This document shows positions 1 through 9,654 of a stretch of DNA of 64,000 bases, in pieces; position 1 is the first letter of the stretch, and the number at the start of each line of letters is the position of its first letter. The stretch comes from an uncultured Acidobacteriota bacterium. GTDB taxonomy: Bacteria > Acidobacteriota > Thermoanaerobaculia > Gp7-AA8. Position numbers and translations under genes: made by a program. The stretch covers positions 352,001-416,000 of the forward strand of contig CAVUKB010000010.1 of assembly GCA_963741955.1 (NCBI GenBank). The letters run 5' to 3'. The notes beneath the pieces are model-generated. The model ran no database searches and was not told the origin of the DNA. It saw only the letters and a list, made by a program, of their open reading frames with translations.

Positions 1-739
1 TCTTCGCGGGCTGATCCCATCCGATTAGGCCGAGCATGTCGGAGACGTACTGCCGGTAGCGCTCTTTCTGCTTCTTGAAGTTGTCCTTCAGGTAGTAGTC
101 GCGGTCGGGCAGCCCGATCCCGGACTGACCCATGTAAAGAGCGTAGACGTCGGGATGCTTCGCATCGTCGAACACGTACGAACCGAAGAATGAACGGCCG
201 AACGAGTGATTCGAATCCGCCATCACCTTCGCGATGTCTTCGCGGGAGTTCGCGTTCTTCACCGCGTCGAGGTAGGGCTGGATCGGCTTGGCATCCAGCT
301 CGTCGGCCTTCTTCTCGTCGAGATAGGTGTTGTAGAGCGTCGCGACCTTCCACTCCTCCGATCCCGGCTTCAGGCTCTTATCCGCAGCCCAGGTGTCGAG
401 GATCTTCCGCACGCGGGCCTCGGAGAGGTCGCGCAGGAGGTCGAACGCGCCGAAGCGGGTCTTGTCCGGCGGGATCTGGGTGTTCTTCGCCCACGTCCCA
501 TTCACGTAGTCGAAGAAATCATCGCCAGGCTTGACCGACGTGTCCATTCCGGAGAGATCGACGCCCCACGTGCCGTACCGCTTGGCCGTGGTGATGTCGC
601 TCGTCGCCGGAGTCGACGGCGCTTCGGTGGCCGACTGAAGCCGGGCCGCGCCGTCTTGTTCGCCCGCGCGTGCCGCCGTGCTGAAGAGCGGCAGGATTGC
701 GAGCAGCGAGATACAGACAACAGAGATCCTTGAGTTCAT
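1..739 (-). CDS. M13 family metallopeptidase (neprilysin/PepO-like), N-terminal part; runs off window start
   Basis: Manual translation from ATG 739: MNSRISVVCISLLAILPLF... signal peptide, then GVDLSGMDTSVKPGDDFFDYVNGTW and later QSGIGLPDRDYYL, typical of the M13 N-domain. Confidence 0.9.
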   Translation of the reverse strand, partial: MNSRISVVCISLLAILPLFSTAARAGEQDGAARLQSATEAPSTPATSDITTAKRYGTWGVDLSGMDTSVKPGDDFFDYVNGTWAKNTQIPPDKTRFGAFDLLRDLSEARVRKILDTWAADKSLKPGSEEWKVATLYNTYLDEKKADELDAKPIQPYLDAVKNANSREDIAKVMADSNHSFGRSFFGSYVFDDAKHPDVYALYMGQSGIGLPDRDYYLKDNFKKQKERYRQYVSDMLGLIGWDQPAK

Positions 740-1068
740 CGAGATGTGTCCTCTCGTGTTTTTGCTCCCGCCGTGGCGGGGCAGCAGACTCGTGAAAACG
801 AAATCAGGGCGAGAGAATATTCGCCGTCGCTCGGTGAGCGATGCTCTTTGCCCTGCTCGGAACCGCATTGCAGCGTCTATTCTGGATCTGCAGGAGGGGT
901 CGGCGGCGGCTGGTACGGGCCGCCGCTCGATAGTTTGCAGAACCGTAACCAGCCCAGCCGTATCGGCCGACGTCCGTCAGCAGCTTTCAGGAATCCGCGG
1001 CGGGAACTTCTCTTGCAACAGCAGGCGGGACGATTCGTCATTCCGGGCGAGAGTCGTCGAGAGAAGCC

Positions 1069-2274
1069 ATGACGATCACCTGCGCCGACTGCGGCAGCAC
1101 GCAGACCATCCCCGTCCTTCCGCCACGCGGAATCGCGGAGTGCCACCGTTGCGACCGGATGCTCGACCGCCGCTCGTGGACGCGCTTCGACGTGACCTTC
1201 TTCGCTGCGGCCGGAATGCTCATTCTTCTTTTTCCCGCGATGTTCCTCCCGTTCCTCCAATCGACCATCAAGCACCTGGTTTTTCAGGAGAGCCGGCTCA
1301 TCTCCAGCGTTCCGGTGATTTACCGCGAGGTCTGGCTTCCCTTCGCTCTCGGATTTCTCTTTTTCGCGTTCGTCTTCCCGGCGATCCGCGCGATCCTGCT
1401 CCTGGTCGTCCTCGGTGCGATCCGGTTGCACAAGCGCCCGCGCGAGATCGGACGGTTCTTCCGCTGGCAACAGGAACTTCGGATCTGGAGCATGACCGAA
1501 GTGGTCGTGGTGGCAGGTGTGCTGACGTACTTCCGTGCCGCGGTCCCCGCGCAGGTGAGCATTCGCTCCGGGGCGTGGTGCTATCTCGCCGTGGCGGTGC
1601 TGTATTGGGTGAGCGACTGGTTTCTCGACCGGCGCGGAACGTGGAACGCGATTCTGCCGGACCGCGAGGCACCGCCGCGTCCCGGCCTCGTCTCGTGCGG
1701 TGTCTGTGAGATGACCATGGACTGGCGCCGCTCGGGAGATCCATGTCCGCGATGTGGTGCGAGACTCGACCGCGACCTCACCCGGACCTTTCCCGCGCTG
1801 CTCGCGCTCTTCGCGGCGACCATCCCGCTGATCCCTCTCGCCTACTCATATTCCGTGATCGTGAACGAGCAGTTGACCGGAGTATGGGAGTACACCGTGC
1901 TCGGAACCATTCAGCTGCTCGCGGATCGGGGGCAGTGGCAGTTCGGCGTGGTGGTGCTCGTCGCCGGAGTGCTCATCCCGTTCCTCGCGCTCTTCGCGCT
2001 CCTGTGGCTGCTGACGAGGATCTATCTGCCGAGCCGGCGCGGACTGGTGTTCGAGACGCGCCTCTACCGACTGCTCCACCGGCTGGTGCGGTGGCCGATG
2101 ATCATTCCCTTCATCGCCGCGATCGCGGCGCCGATCGTGAACTATCCGGGCATCGACGACATCTTCGCCGGACCGGGGGCGACGCCGTTCTTCGGTCTCG
2201 TGGTTCTGATCATGCTGGCCATCCGGATCTTCGAGCCGAGGCTGATGTGGCGGGAAGTAGGGGAGGCGCGGTGA
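1069..2274 (+). CDS. pqiA: Paraquat-inducible protein A (duplicated PqiA domain membrane protein)
   Basis: Two halves each with CxxC...CxxC (CADC/CHRC; CGVC/CPRC), WSMTEV motif, many TM segments; upstream of an MCE gene. Confidence 0.88.
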   Translation: MTITCADCGSTQTIPVLPPRGIAECHRCDRMLDRRSWTRFDVTFFAAAGMLILLFPAMFLPFLQSTIKHLVFQESRLISSVPVIYREVWLPFALGFLFFAFVFPAIRAILLLVVLGAIRLHKRPREIGRFFRWQQELRIWSMTEVVVVAGVLTYFRAAVPAQVSIRSGAWCYLAVAVLYWVSDWFLDRRGTWNAILPDREAPPRPGLVSCGVCEMTMDWRRSGDPCPRCGARLDRDLTRTFPALLALFAATIPLIPLAYSYSVIVNEQLTGVWEYTVLGTIQLLADRGQWQFGVVVLVAGVLIPFLALFALLWLLTRIYLPSRRGLVFETRLYRLLHRLVRWPMIIPFIAAIAAPIVNYPGIDDIFAGPGATPFFGLVVLIMLAIRIFEPRLMWREVGEAR

Positions 2275-3953
2275 GTGACGAACGGGACGATCGCAACGAC
2301 GTGACGCCGAAGGAGGAGACGCCGCGCGCGCACGTGCACACCTCGGAGTGGTCGCCGTGGATCTGGGTCGTCCCAGTGGTGGCGCTCGTCCTCGTAGGGT
2401 GGCTGGTGATCCGCTATGGCTTCTTCGGCGGTGCGGACGTCACGGTCCGTTTCTCGGAGGCGCGCGGACTGGAGCGGTACAGCCCGGTGAAGTACCGCGG
2501 CGCGAAGGTCGGAACGGTGGAGAGGATCACCGTCGATCCCCGGAAACGTCAGGTGCTGGTGCAGATCCGGATGGATTCGTCGATGAGCTACGCACTCCGC
2601 GAGCAGACGAAGTTCTGGATCGTCGAGCCCACACTTCAGGGAGGCGGACTCGGAAGTCTGATTGCAGGAACATACGTCGGAATCGCTCCCGGAGACGGGA
2701 AACGACTCAGCGAATTCGAGGGTCAGGAGTATCCGCCGGTTCTCGCGGCGCCGGAGCCGGGGAAGACCGTGATCCTCGAGACGCCGCACATCGGTGCGAT
2801 CGCGATCGGGTCGCCGGTGATGTTCGAGGGGATGACGGTCGGACGCGTCCTCGGATCGGAGTACGATCCGCAGCATCGCGAGACCTCGATCCATGCCTTC
2901 GTAGCGAAACAGTATGCGGATTTCGTACGGCAGGGATCGCGCTTCTGGCGCGAAGGCGGGCTGTCGATCTCGCTGACCGGCGGAAAGATCTCGACTGGTG
3001 AGTCATCTCTTTCTACGATCCTGAATCCCGGGATCTCCTTCTATACGCCGGAGATTCTTTCCGGCGCTCCGGTGGCGGAGGGGACGCATTTCGACCTCTA
3101 TGAATCGAAGGACGAGGCGACTGCTGCCGCGGATGGACCACATCTGACGTACCTGACGTATCTTCCCGGTCCGGTGCAGGGACTCTCTCCCGGGACTCCG
3201 GTGCAGATGAAGGGCATCGAGGTCGGATTCGTACGCGATGTTCACCTCCGCTACGTTCCGAGCTCGGCGACACTCGAGACTCCGGTGACGCTGGAGATCG
3301 ACCCGCGGCTTCTGGAGCTCGACATCCCTCCGCCGCTCACCAGGCAAGCTCTCCGCGCGAGCATGAACGACGCTCTCGCCGCGCTGGTGCGGAAGGGAAT
3401 GCGCGCGACACTCTCCACGAGTCTGATCCTTCCGGGAGCGGGTGCGGTCTCACTGGAGATGACCGCGCGGCCCGGAACCGGGAGACTGATCGTGAGCCAC
3501 GATCCGCCGATCATTCCGGCCGCGGAAGGCGGAAACGGGCTTCAGGGCGCGCTCGCGTCTCTCAATGACATCGCGAGCCGGATCAAGGCGCTTCCGATCG
3601 AACAGATTGCGGGGAACCTGCGGAGCACCACGGCGAGGGTCAACCAGCTGGTGCACGACAAACGCCTCGAGGAGAGTCTGACCAATCTGAACAAGGCGAT
3701 GAGCGACGTTCAGAAGATCACGTCCTCGGCCAGTGCCAGCGCACCTCAGATGATCTCCAGTCTCCAGAGCGCTGCAACGTCGGCGGAGGAGGCCGCGGCA
3801 CGATTGAATCAGCTCATCGGGAGCGCGCCACGTCAGAACTACGAGCTTGGTACGCTGGTCGAGGAACTGACGCGCGCCGCGGAATCGGTCCGCGCGCTCG
3901 CTCAATACCTCACCGAGAATCCCGATTCATTACTCAAGGGGAGGCGCAAGTGA
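2271..3953 (+). CDS. pqiB: PqiB/MCE (MlaD-repeat) intermembrane transport protein
   Basis: Likely GTG start at 2271 overlapping the pqiA stop; N-terminal TM (WIWVVPVVAL), three MCE repeats (SPVKYRGAKVGTV, GSPVMFEGMTVGRV, GTPVQMKGIEVGFV), helical tail ending NPDSLLKG. Confidence 0.9.
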   Translation: MSDERDDRNDVTPKEETPRAHVHTSEWSPWIWVVPVVALVLVGWLVIRYGFFGGADVTVRFSEARGLERYSPVKYRGAKVGTVERITVDPRKRQVLVQIRMDSSMSYALREQTKFWIVEPTLQGGGLGSLIAGTYVGIAPGDGKRLSEFEGQEYPPVLAAPEPGKTVILETPHIGAIAIGSPVMFEGMTVGRVLGSEYDPQHRETSIHAFVAKQYADFVRQGSRFWREGGLSISLTGGKISTGESSLSTILNPGISFYTPEILSGAPVAEGTHFDLYESKDEATAAADGPHLTYLTYLPGPVQGLSPGTPVQMKGIEVGFVRDVHLRYVPSSATLETPVTLEIDPRLLELDIPPPLTRQALRASMNDALAALVRKGMRATLSTSLILPGAGAVSLEMTARPGTGRLIVSHDPPIIPAAEGGNGLQGALASLNDIASRIKALPIEQIAGNLRSTTARVNQLVHDKRLEESLTNLNKAMSDVQKITSSASASAPQMISSLQSAATSAEEAAARLNQLIGSAPRQNYELGTLVEELTRAAESVRALAQYLTENPDSLLKGRRK

Positions 3954-4558
3954 GATCTGTTCGGCCGCTTCCGCTGATCCTGCTGACTCTCCTCGGCGGA
4001 TGCTCGATCTTCTCCCGTCCGAAAAATCAGTTCTATCAGCTGGAGATCATTCCGCCGGCAGGAGCGGTCGCCGGCGTTTCGGGTCTTCCAGTCGGCGTCG
4101 ATCCGATCGAGCTTCCTCCGGAGATCGTGCGGAACGGCATCGTCGTCGAACAGAAAGACCAGAAGCTCGACGTACGCGGGACGGAACAGTGGGGCGCTCC
4201 GTTCCAGGAGATGTTTACGCACGCCATCGCCTTCGATCTGGCTGCGCGGCTCCCGGAGGGGATGGTCGTACTTCCCGGACAAGTCAAGCCGCCGTCCGGC
4301 TCGATGCGACCGATCGGTCTGAACGTCGCGAGGTTTGCGGCGGGTCCCGGGCCGGTGGTCGTGCTCGATGCACACTGGATTCTCGGCGGCGTCAGTCACC
4401 ATGAAACGATCCGCGTGGCGCTTCAATCCCTCGACACGCCCGACGTCGTATCCGGCATGAGCCGAGCAGTCGGCGAGCTCGCCGACAGCATCGCGGCGGG
4501 ACTCGCACGAGACATGGCCACGCGCCCGCTCGCACTCGCACCACACCAAGTGCCGTAG
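3950..4558 (+). CDS. pqiC: PqiC-family lipoprotein
   Basis: Lipobox LLGGC, FYQL and W-x-x-P motifs, position after pqiB. Confidence 0.85.
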   Translation: MRSVRPLPLILLTLLGGCSIFSRPKNQFYQLEIIPPAGAVAGVSGLPVGVDPIELPPEIVRNGIVVEQKDQKLDVRGTEQWGAPFQEMFTHAIAFDLAARLPEGMVVLPGQVKPPSGSMRPIGLNVARFAAGPGPVVVLDAHWILGGVSHHETIRVALQSLDTPDVVSGMSRAVGELADSIAAGLARDMATRPLALAPHQVP

Positions 4559-4612
4559 GCGCGATTGACAATAGCCCCGGGTGAAGGCGCGAAGCGCCGG
4601 AAGCACGAGGCG
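4550..4612. repeat. REP-like element, family C (GCCGTAGG-GCGATTGACAATAGCCC...)
   Basis: Similar to 5599-5660, to the reverse complement of 36300-36330 and to 37253-37300. Confidence 0.6.
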
Positions 4613-4663
4613 AGATCCGAACGACCGTGGGATGCTCACACACTCGCCGGGTCGGGGGGCGGT

Positions 4664-4737
4664 CCCCTCTCCCCGTCCGTATTCACGAACTTCAGCCGAC
4701 ATCCCCATTCGGGGAGAGGGTGAGGGTGAGGGGCGAC
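4664..4737 (-). repeat. Solo CCCTCACCC..CCCTCTCCCC/GGGGAGAGGG palindromic element (family A)
   Basis: Reverse complement aligns closely with the hairpin element in the 27.7-29.3 kb array, including the internal CGGCTGAAGTT(C/G)GTGA. Confidence 0.8.
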
Positions 4738-4989
4738 ACCGAAACTCGAATTCAGAAGTCGTGCAGAATCGCCTCGTCGCAATTCGCGAAACACGTGCAG
4801 TTAACTCACCCACGAAGCGCGCCTCCATCCCACTCGCGCCGCCCTCAGTGCCGGAGGCACGAGGCGAGTTCCGAACGATCGAGGGATGTCCAGTGGTCAC
4901 CACCTCTTCGACGCAAGTGTCATCGAGGTCGACCGTGCGCGCGACGAAACGCCGCGCAGCCTCCGCCACCGGTGGAAGTCCGCTCCGGT

Positions 4990-5222
4990 TTACGCTTCTT
5001 CGTATGCGCGGAGAAACTTGTCTCGTTCGACCTTCGCCTGTCGACAGATCGTGCGCAGCGTCGAACCCCCGGATGATTCGGCATGGTGAGCGACGTGGCC
5101 GTGCCGTCCTCGTTTCGGCGTTGCATCGAGATATGCTCCCGTTCGCGCACGGTCACGAATCCGAGCTGCGTCAGTGCGCGTATGACCCGCGACTTCGGCG
5201 CGCCGGTCGGGAATTTCGGCAT
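4990..5222 (-). pseudogene. hicA: HicA-family toxin, frameshifted in a G run
   Basis: MPKFPTGAPKSRVIRALTQLGF...REREHISM...TMPNHP, then the C-terminus GSTLRTICRQAKVERDKFLRAYEEA* in another frame (stop 4990-4992); shift near 5066-5070. Confidence 0.7.
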
Positions 5223-5446
5223 CAGTTCACGTTGGCTTCTGCGACGAATGCCTCGAGCACGGGCGAGTCATCGTCGTCGAGAACGTCGGAACCGAACGTC
5301 TCCACGTGAAAGCGAATGGCCGACTTCACGTCGGTCAGCGCCTCCTCGTAGCTGTCGCCTTCCCCGATCACGACGCCCTTCAGCCCTACGGGATACGCCA
5401 CATAGCCATCAGCGTGCTTCTCGACGATGATCTCGATCTGTTTCAT
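5222..5446 (-). CDS. hicB: HicB-family antitoxin (short, no DNA-binding tail)
   Basis: IIVEKHADGYVAY...GEGDSYEEALTDVKSAI pattern; adjacent to hicA. Confidence 0.8.
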   Translation of the reverse strand: MKQIEIIVEKHADGYVAYPVGLKGVVIGEGDSYEEALTDVKSAIRFHVETFGSDVLDDDDSPVLEAFVAEANVN

Positions 5447-5598
5447 GACTCCTCGATTCTAGACCGAAGTTCCTCCGGAGAGCCAACGGGCGGAAAGAGA
5501 AGCGGATAGGACGAGCGGTTTGTTCCCCGCAGCTTCGTTCGGGCAGGCAATTCGGGCTACGCGTCCACGCTCCGCCTCTTCACCAGCTGCCGCCCCCA

Positions 5599-5748
5599 GT
5601 GCCGAAGGTACGACAGACAATAGCCCAGGGTGAAGGCGCTCCGCGCCGGAACCCGGGGATCGCGCGCGATGCGCAAATTCATGTTGCCGTGACCAACATC
5701 CAGGCGGGCTCGACGCGTGCCCGCCGGACCGAAGCCCTCGCGCCAACG
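5599..5748. repeat. Cluster of REP-like elements (family C copy plus a GGCGGGC...GCCCGCC palindrome) at the end of RHS fragment 1
   Basis: GTGCCGAAGGTACGACAGACAATAGCCCAGGG resembles 4550-4582; palindrome at about 5703-5725. Confidence 0.5.
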
Positions 5749-5749
5749 A

Positions 5750-6221
5750 AACGTTCCGTCCTGTTCGCGACCGTCGTCGTGTCGATCTCGTCCATCGGAT
5801 CGTACGTCCAGTGCCACGTCGCGCCATCCGCACGGATCTCCTCGAAGAGGTTCCCGTGCTCGTCGTAGTGATACGTCGTCACATTTCCTCGGGCGTCTTC
5901 GAGCGTCTCCAGACGGTCCGCGTCGTCGTACGTGTACGTCGTGACCGCTCCCTCCGCGTCCGTTTCCTTGACGCGGTTCCCTCGGAGATCATAGTCGCTC
6001 TTCGTCTCCCGCCCCTCCGGGTCCGTCTTCTTGACGAGATGCCCGCGCGTGTCATACAGGAAGATGGTGACGAGCGGCCGGTCCGGATCGCTCATGTCGA
6101 TCGACATCGCCAGCCGGTTCTGCGCGTCGTACTCGAAGCGCGTGAGGTAAGTGTCGGTGGTTCCGTCAGGCCGCTTCTCAATGCAGCCCTCGATCGTCCG
6201 CCTTTTCGCGCTCCGCGACAC
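5750..6221 (-). pseudogene. RHS/YD-repeat fragment 1 (orphan, no core or toxin)
   Basis: YD repeats (FEYDAQNRL, YDTRGHL, YDLRGNRV, YDDADRL, YDEHGNL); near-identical to 10720-10965. Confidence 0.85.
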
Positions 6222-6273
6222 AGCGCCTTTGCGCCCGACCGATCGCGATTGGATTCACAATGAGGGTCGGATG

Positions 6274-6669
6274 TCATCCTGGCAGCAGAAGGAGGAATAT
6301 GTCGACTCCGATCAGGGTAAGCAAGAGTGCTGATCCGAGAACCCGGAGCAATATCCTCTTGACGGAGATCGCTTTCGACGAGATCGTCGGGGCAATCCAG
6401 AGAGCCACGAGATAAGTAACCATTGTTGCGAGCCAGATGACATATATGGTTCCTCCACGTGACAGCAGGCCGGAATCCGTAACAGCAGGACCTGGGATGT
6501 GTTCACTGATTCGGCCCGCGGATGTCGTGTCGGAGAGTCCCCAGTTGTCCACGATGATCAGGCTGGTCATGACCGCGCAGATATTGCGACTCCATGCGCG
6601 AAATGTCGACCTGCGGCCAGTTCTAGGCGACCCAATAATCCAGTTCGTGACGTTCGACAATCGTCGCAT
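6274..6669 (-). CDS. Small hydrophobic membrane protein, possible orphan immunity/cargo gene
   Basis: Two clear C-terminal TM helices, lower GC than flanks; start uncertain. Confidence 0.35.
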   Translation of the reverse strand: MRRLSNVTNWIIGSPRTGRRSTFRAWSRNICAVMTSLIIVDNWGLSDTTSAGRISEHIPGPAVTDSGLLSRGGTIYVIWLATMVTYLVALWIAPTISSKAISVKRILLRVLGSALLLTLIGVDIFLLLLPG

Positions 6670-6927
6670 GTCGGCAGGTCCTCAGTATCCCAAGATCGAC
6701 CTATTGATGGTGCGGAACTTTGAGGGTCAGGGCTTCGCTTGTCGGTCCTCTCTTCTAAGTCTTTGTCACGGCGTTACTTCGTCGGCCTCCGTTGATGCAC
6801 GATATTCTACGACACCCGCTGCCGGATCACCGCGTTACACCTCCGAGCAGGGCCTGGTTAGTCGGCGCCGATTCCACGAGGAGTAGAACCCTCGGTATTT
6901 CGCGAAATCCGACGTACTCTCGATCGC

Positions 6928-7071
6928 ATCGCACGACCACTTCGTCTCGAGTTCCGAGGCGCCGTCTTCCACGTGACCTCCCGAGGCGGCGAACGGAAGA
7001 GGATCTTTCGCTCGGATGCGGAGATGCGCCTCGACTCCCGCCTCATCGCCTCCGAAGCGCGACGTCGATGA
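6928..7071 (+). pseudogene. Truncated REP-associated tyrosine transposase (RAYT/TnpA-REP, IS200-like Y1) N-terminus
   Basis: Translation (I)ARPLRLEFRGAVFHVTSRGGERKRIFRSDAE matches the MARPLR.E.PGA.YHVTSRGN.R..IF start of RAYTs; start codon is ATC and a stop follows before the HUH motif. Confidence 0.75.
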
Positions 7072-7382
7072 CGCGATTACCGATTCCGAACGGCCGAAGC
7101 GAGATGATTGCCTGCGACCGCGGGGATTTCGTCTGTTCCGCCCACAGTCCGTCTCGATCTTCGCCGGCAGAACCGAAAACCAACTGCCCCCTTTCCCTCT
7201 GGGTCTCGCCGTGAGAAGCGCGATCGGGGTCTGGCTGCCGAACACCGTCCGCTGGACCGGTCGATGTCGACGCTAAGTGACAGAGTGGGAGAGACTTATG
7301 CTGAGTTACCGACACGCGAAGCTCTGACCCCACTCTTCCCAACGGAGAATCGAAGGCCTGGCCCCGATCTTCCCGATCTCGA

Positions 7383-7478
7383 GATGCCCGCGCGTGTCGT
7401 ACTTGAAGGTGGTGATGAGCGGCCGATCCGGATCGCTCATGTCGATCGACATCGCCAGCCGGTTCTGCGCGTCTCACT
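7383..7478 (-). pseudogene. RHS fragment 2 (about 30 codons)
   Basis: Encodes DAQNRLAMSIDMSDPDRPLITTFKYDTRGHL, nearly identical at DNA level to fragments 1 and 3. Confidence 0.8.
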
Positions 7479-7934
7479 CGAGGAATGGCGCGACTGCCAG
7501 CCGCCGGTAAGTCGTCTCCACGCAAGGCGTTGCGGGCATCGACCGAGAAGCGAAGGCCTGGCCCTCTTTCCCCCGTCTTTGCGACCCTCTCGGCCCGTTC
7601 GTCGCCCCGATTGCGGCGACGTCACCCTGCGCAGCTAATCCGAAATCGCGCGGAAATCGAATCGAACCAGGCCTTTGCCCGCGGGTTCCACCGCGATCTC
7701 CAAGGTATCGGTCTCGAGCAACCTGCCTGCACCGGGAAAGGTTGCGGAAACGCGGTATTGGCCGATTTGACGATACGAGAAGCACACCGCCCCTGAAGGC
7801 AACCTGTCAATGCTGCCCGTATCCGGCTGAACCACCCACCCCGTGTATGGATGTCCGGATATATCCTGTCGTTCGCTGGGCTTCACCTTCAAACGGCAAA
7901 CAGCCTTTTCCGACTCGCTCGCCGAAACCAGGTG

Positions 7935-9446
7935 TCAGGGTCCTGAATGGCGTATCGCACTTAGCATCGGGACCTCCCCACCAGTCGGCAACCGATGGAA
8001 ATCCTCGTGAACGATGATGTCGAGGCCTTCGGTGAAACCTTCGCCCGGCACGTAGTAGGTTCGGCTCTTCCACGGACGATGCGAGTCGTCCATGGAAGCG
8101 GCGTCGCTGATGAGGAGGCCTTGGGGGATGAGCTCCGACGGCGATTCCACCGAGGAACCCCATACCTCCGCTGCGATCCTGATCCAGGCGATTCCGGAGG
8201 GACAGAAAATCGCATCGGGAAATCCTCTGAGGCCCTCGCTGATGATCGTCCGCTTCCATGACTGCAACTCTCGGCTCAGTGCGTTGTGAAATGAATCCTT
8301 GTCGGCGTCAAGAATGGCACGAACCATGTCGTGGTACTCTTTCTCGTCGCCATCTTTCGGCGGATGAGATTTGAGCCAGTCGGTAACCGTGGAGAGATCT
8401 CGTTCCACCAGGGCAAGAAACGGGTGTCCCGCATCCGGAGCATCGCCTGGCCGAGAGCGGGCGATCGCTATACACCGTCGGGCAAGGGCGAAGTCGCCTG
8501 CGACGATCGCTAACCACGCTCCTCTGGGGTGCTCGAGAAGATAACGAAGTCTCTTCGGCAGTACCGCACCCGCTGCGCAGGCGCGATCGAACTCGCACGT
8601 TGCCTCCGCTGCAAGGCGGAAATATGCAAGTGCTTTCGAGTAATCCCTCTCGCCGACCGCCACCTGTCCGATGTCCTCATAGTCTCGCGCCAGATCCAGA
8701 AGGCGGTGCGTTTCACCGTTCTCGTACCGCTGAATCGCAAGTTCGACCCGATCCGACTCCGAAAGTCTCGCCTTGTGCCGGCGGAGATCGTCGGTGGAGA
8801 ACAGGGCAACCGCCTTCCCTCGGCTCAGCTTTGGGGGCCGGAGGTACTCTCCCTTCCGCATCAGCATGAAACGGAGCTCGTAATCTGATGGTGGAGCGAA
8901 ATCCGAACCATCGAACGCCTCGCGCAGCGCGTCGTCGAAGGGCTTTTCATACCCGAAGTCCGACTCGCCGAGTGCCACTCGATCGAACGACATTCGGCCA
9001 GCCTCGAACCGGAGTAGAGTTTCCGTCCCGCCGAGACCATAAGCGGCCCCACGTCTGAGTCGGCCATCTTGGAAAAGGATGCCGGCCGAGGCACAGGTGC
9101 CATCACTCCTCAGCAGGCACCACGCCGGACCGGCAACAGTGCTGGCCACCTCGGATAAAACCAGCTCGAAGCGCGACAGAAGTTCTCGAACGCACTCGCG
9201 TGCATCGTCGTCCCCCGCGACCTGATCGACAAGGTGAGCCATGCCTTCGGGCAGCCCGCCCATTTCCAGTTCCTTCCCCCTGTAACCGGAGAGCGTCAGC
9301 GTCGCCGGCATCGACTCAGTTGGGGCGGGACTATAGTCCAGTGACACCTGCACGGGCTCTTTCAGCAGGCCGAGGGAGTTCTGCAGGCGCTTCGCGATCA
9401 TCCTGAGCCGCTCGGGATCGCATCTGGTCAGAACGAAAGCTTCCAT
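7935..9446 (-). CDS. Putative immunity protein; C-terminal half Imm49-like, with an uncharacterised N-terminal domain
   Basis: Helical region AWLAIVAGDFALARR...MVRAILDADKDSFHNAL...FCPSGIAWIRIA...SELIPQGLL resembles Imm49; lies directly downstream of an RHS fragment. Confidence 0.55.
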   Translation of the reverse strand: MEAFVLTRCDPERLRMIAKRLQNSLGLLKEPVQVSLDYSPAPTESMPATLTLSGYRGKELEMGGLPEGMAHLVDQVAGDDDARECVRELLSRFELVLSEVASTVAGPAWCLLRSDGTCASAGILFQDGRLRRGAAYGLGGTETLLRFEAGRMSFDRVALGESDFGYEKPFDDALREAFDGSDFAPPSDYELRFMLMRKGEYLRPPKLSRGKAVALFSTDDLRRHKARLSESDRVELAIQRYENGETHRLLDLARDYEDIGQVAVGERDYSKALAYFRLAAEATCEFDRACAAGAVLPKRLRYLLEHPRGAWLAIVAGDFALARRCIAIARSRPGDAPDAGHPFLALVERDLSTVTDWLKSHPPKDGDEKEYHDMVRAILDADKDSFHNALSRELQSWKRTIISEGLRGFPDAIFCPSGIAWIRIAAEVWGSSVESPSELIPQGLLISDAASMDDSHRPWKSRTYYVPGEGFTEGLDIIVHEDFHRLPTGGEVPMLSAIRHSGP

Positions 9447-9654
9447 CGGTGGGTGAGATTAGCATGAGAGGCCAGGCACGCTGAGGGCCCCACTTCGCTC
9501 GGGCCGAACTACGTTGCCCAGGATGATTGGCAAGCTGCGCGCATCCCGACCGAGACACTGGCACGAGGTCGCAGCTGGCGATGAAGAGCGCGAACGTAAC
9601 TCCCGCAGCATCAGTCGATTGCTACCAGTTCCGAGACGCGAAGCTCTGACCCCA

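Noticed and set aside
1743-2270. N-terminal extension of PqiB
   Set aside because: Overlaps pqiA out of frame with low-complexity Arg-rich sequence; GTG 2271 fits translational coupling
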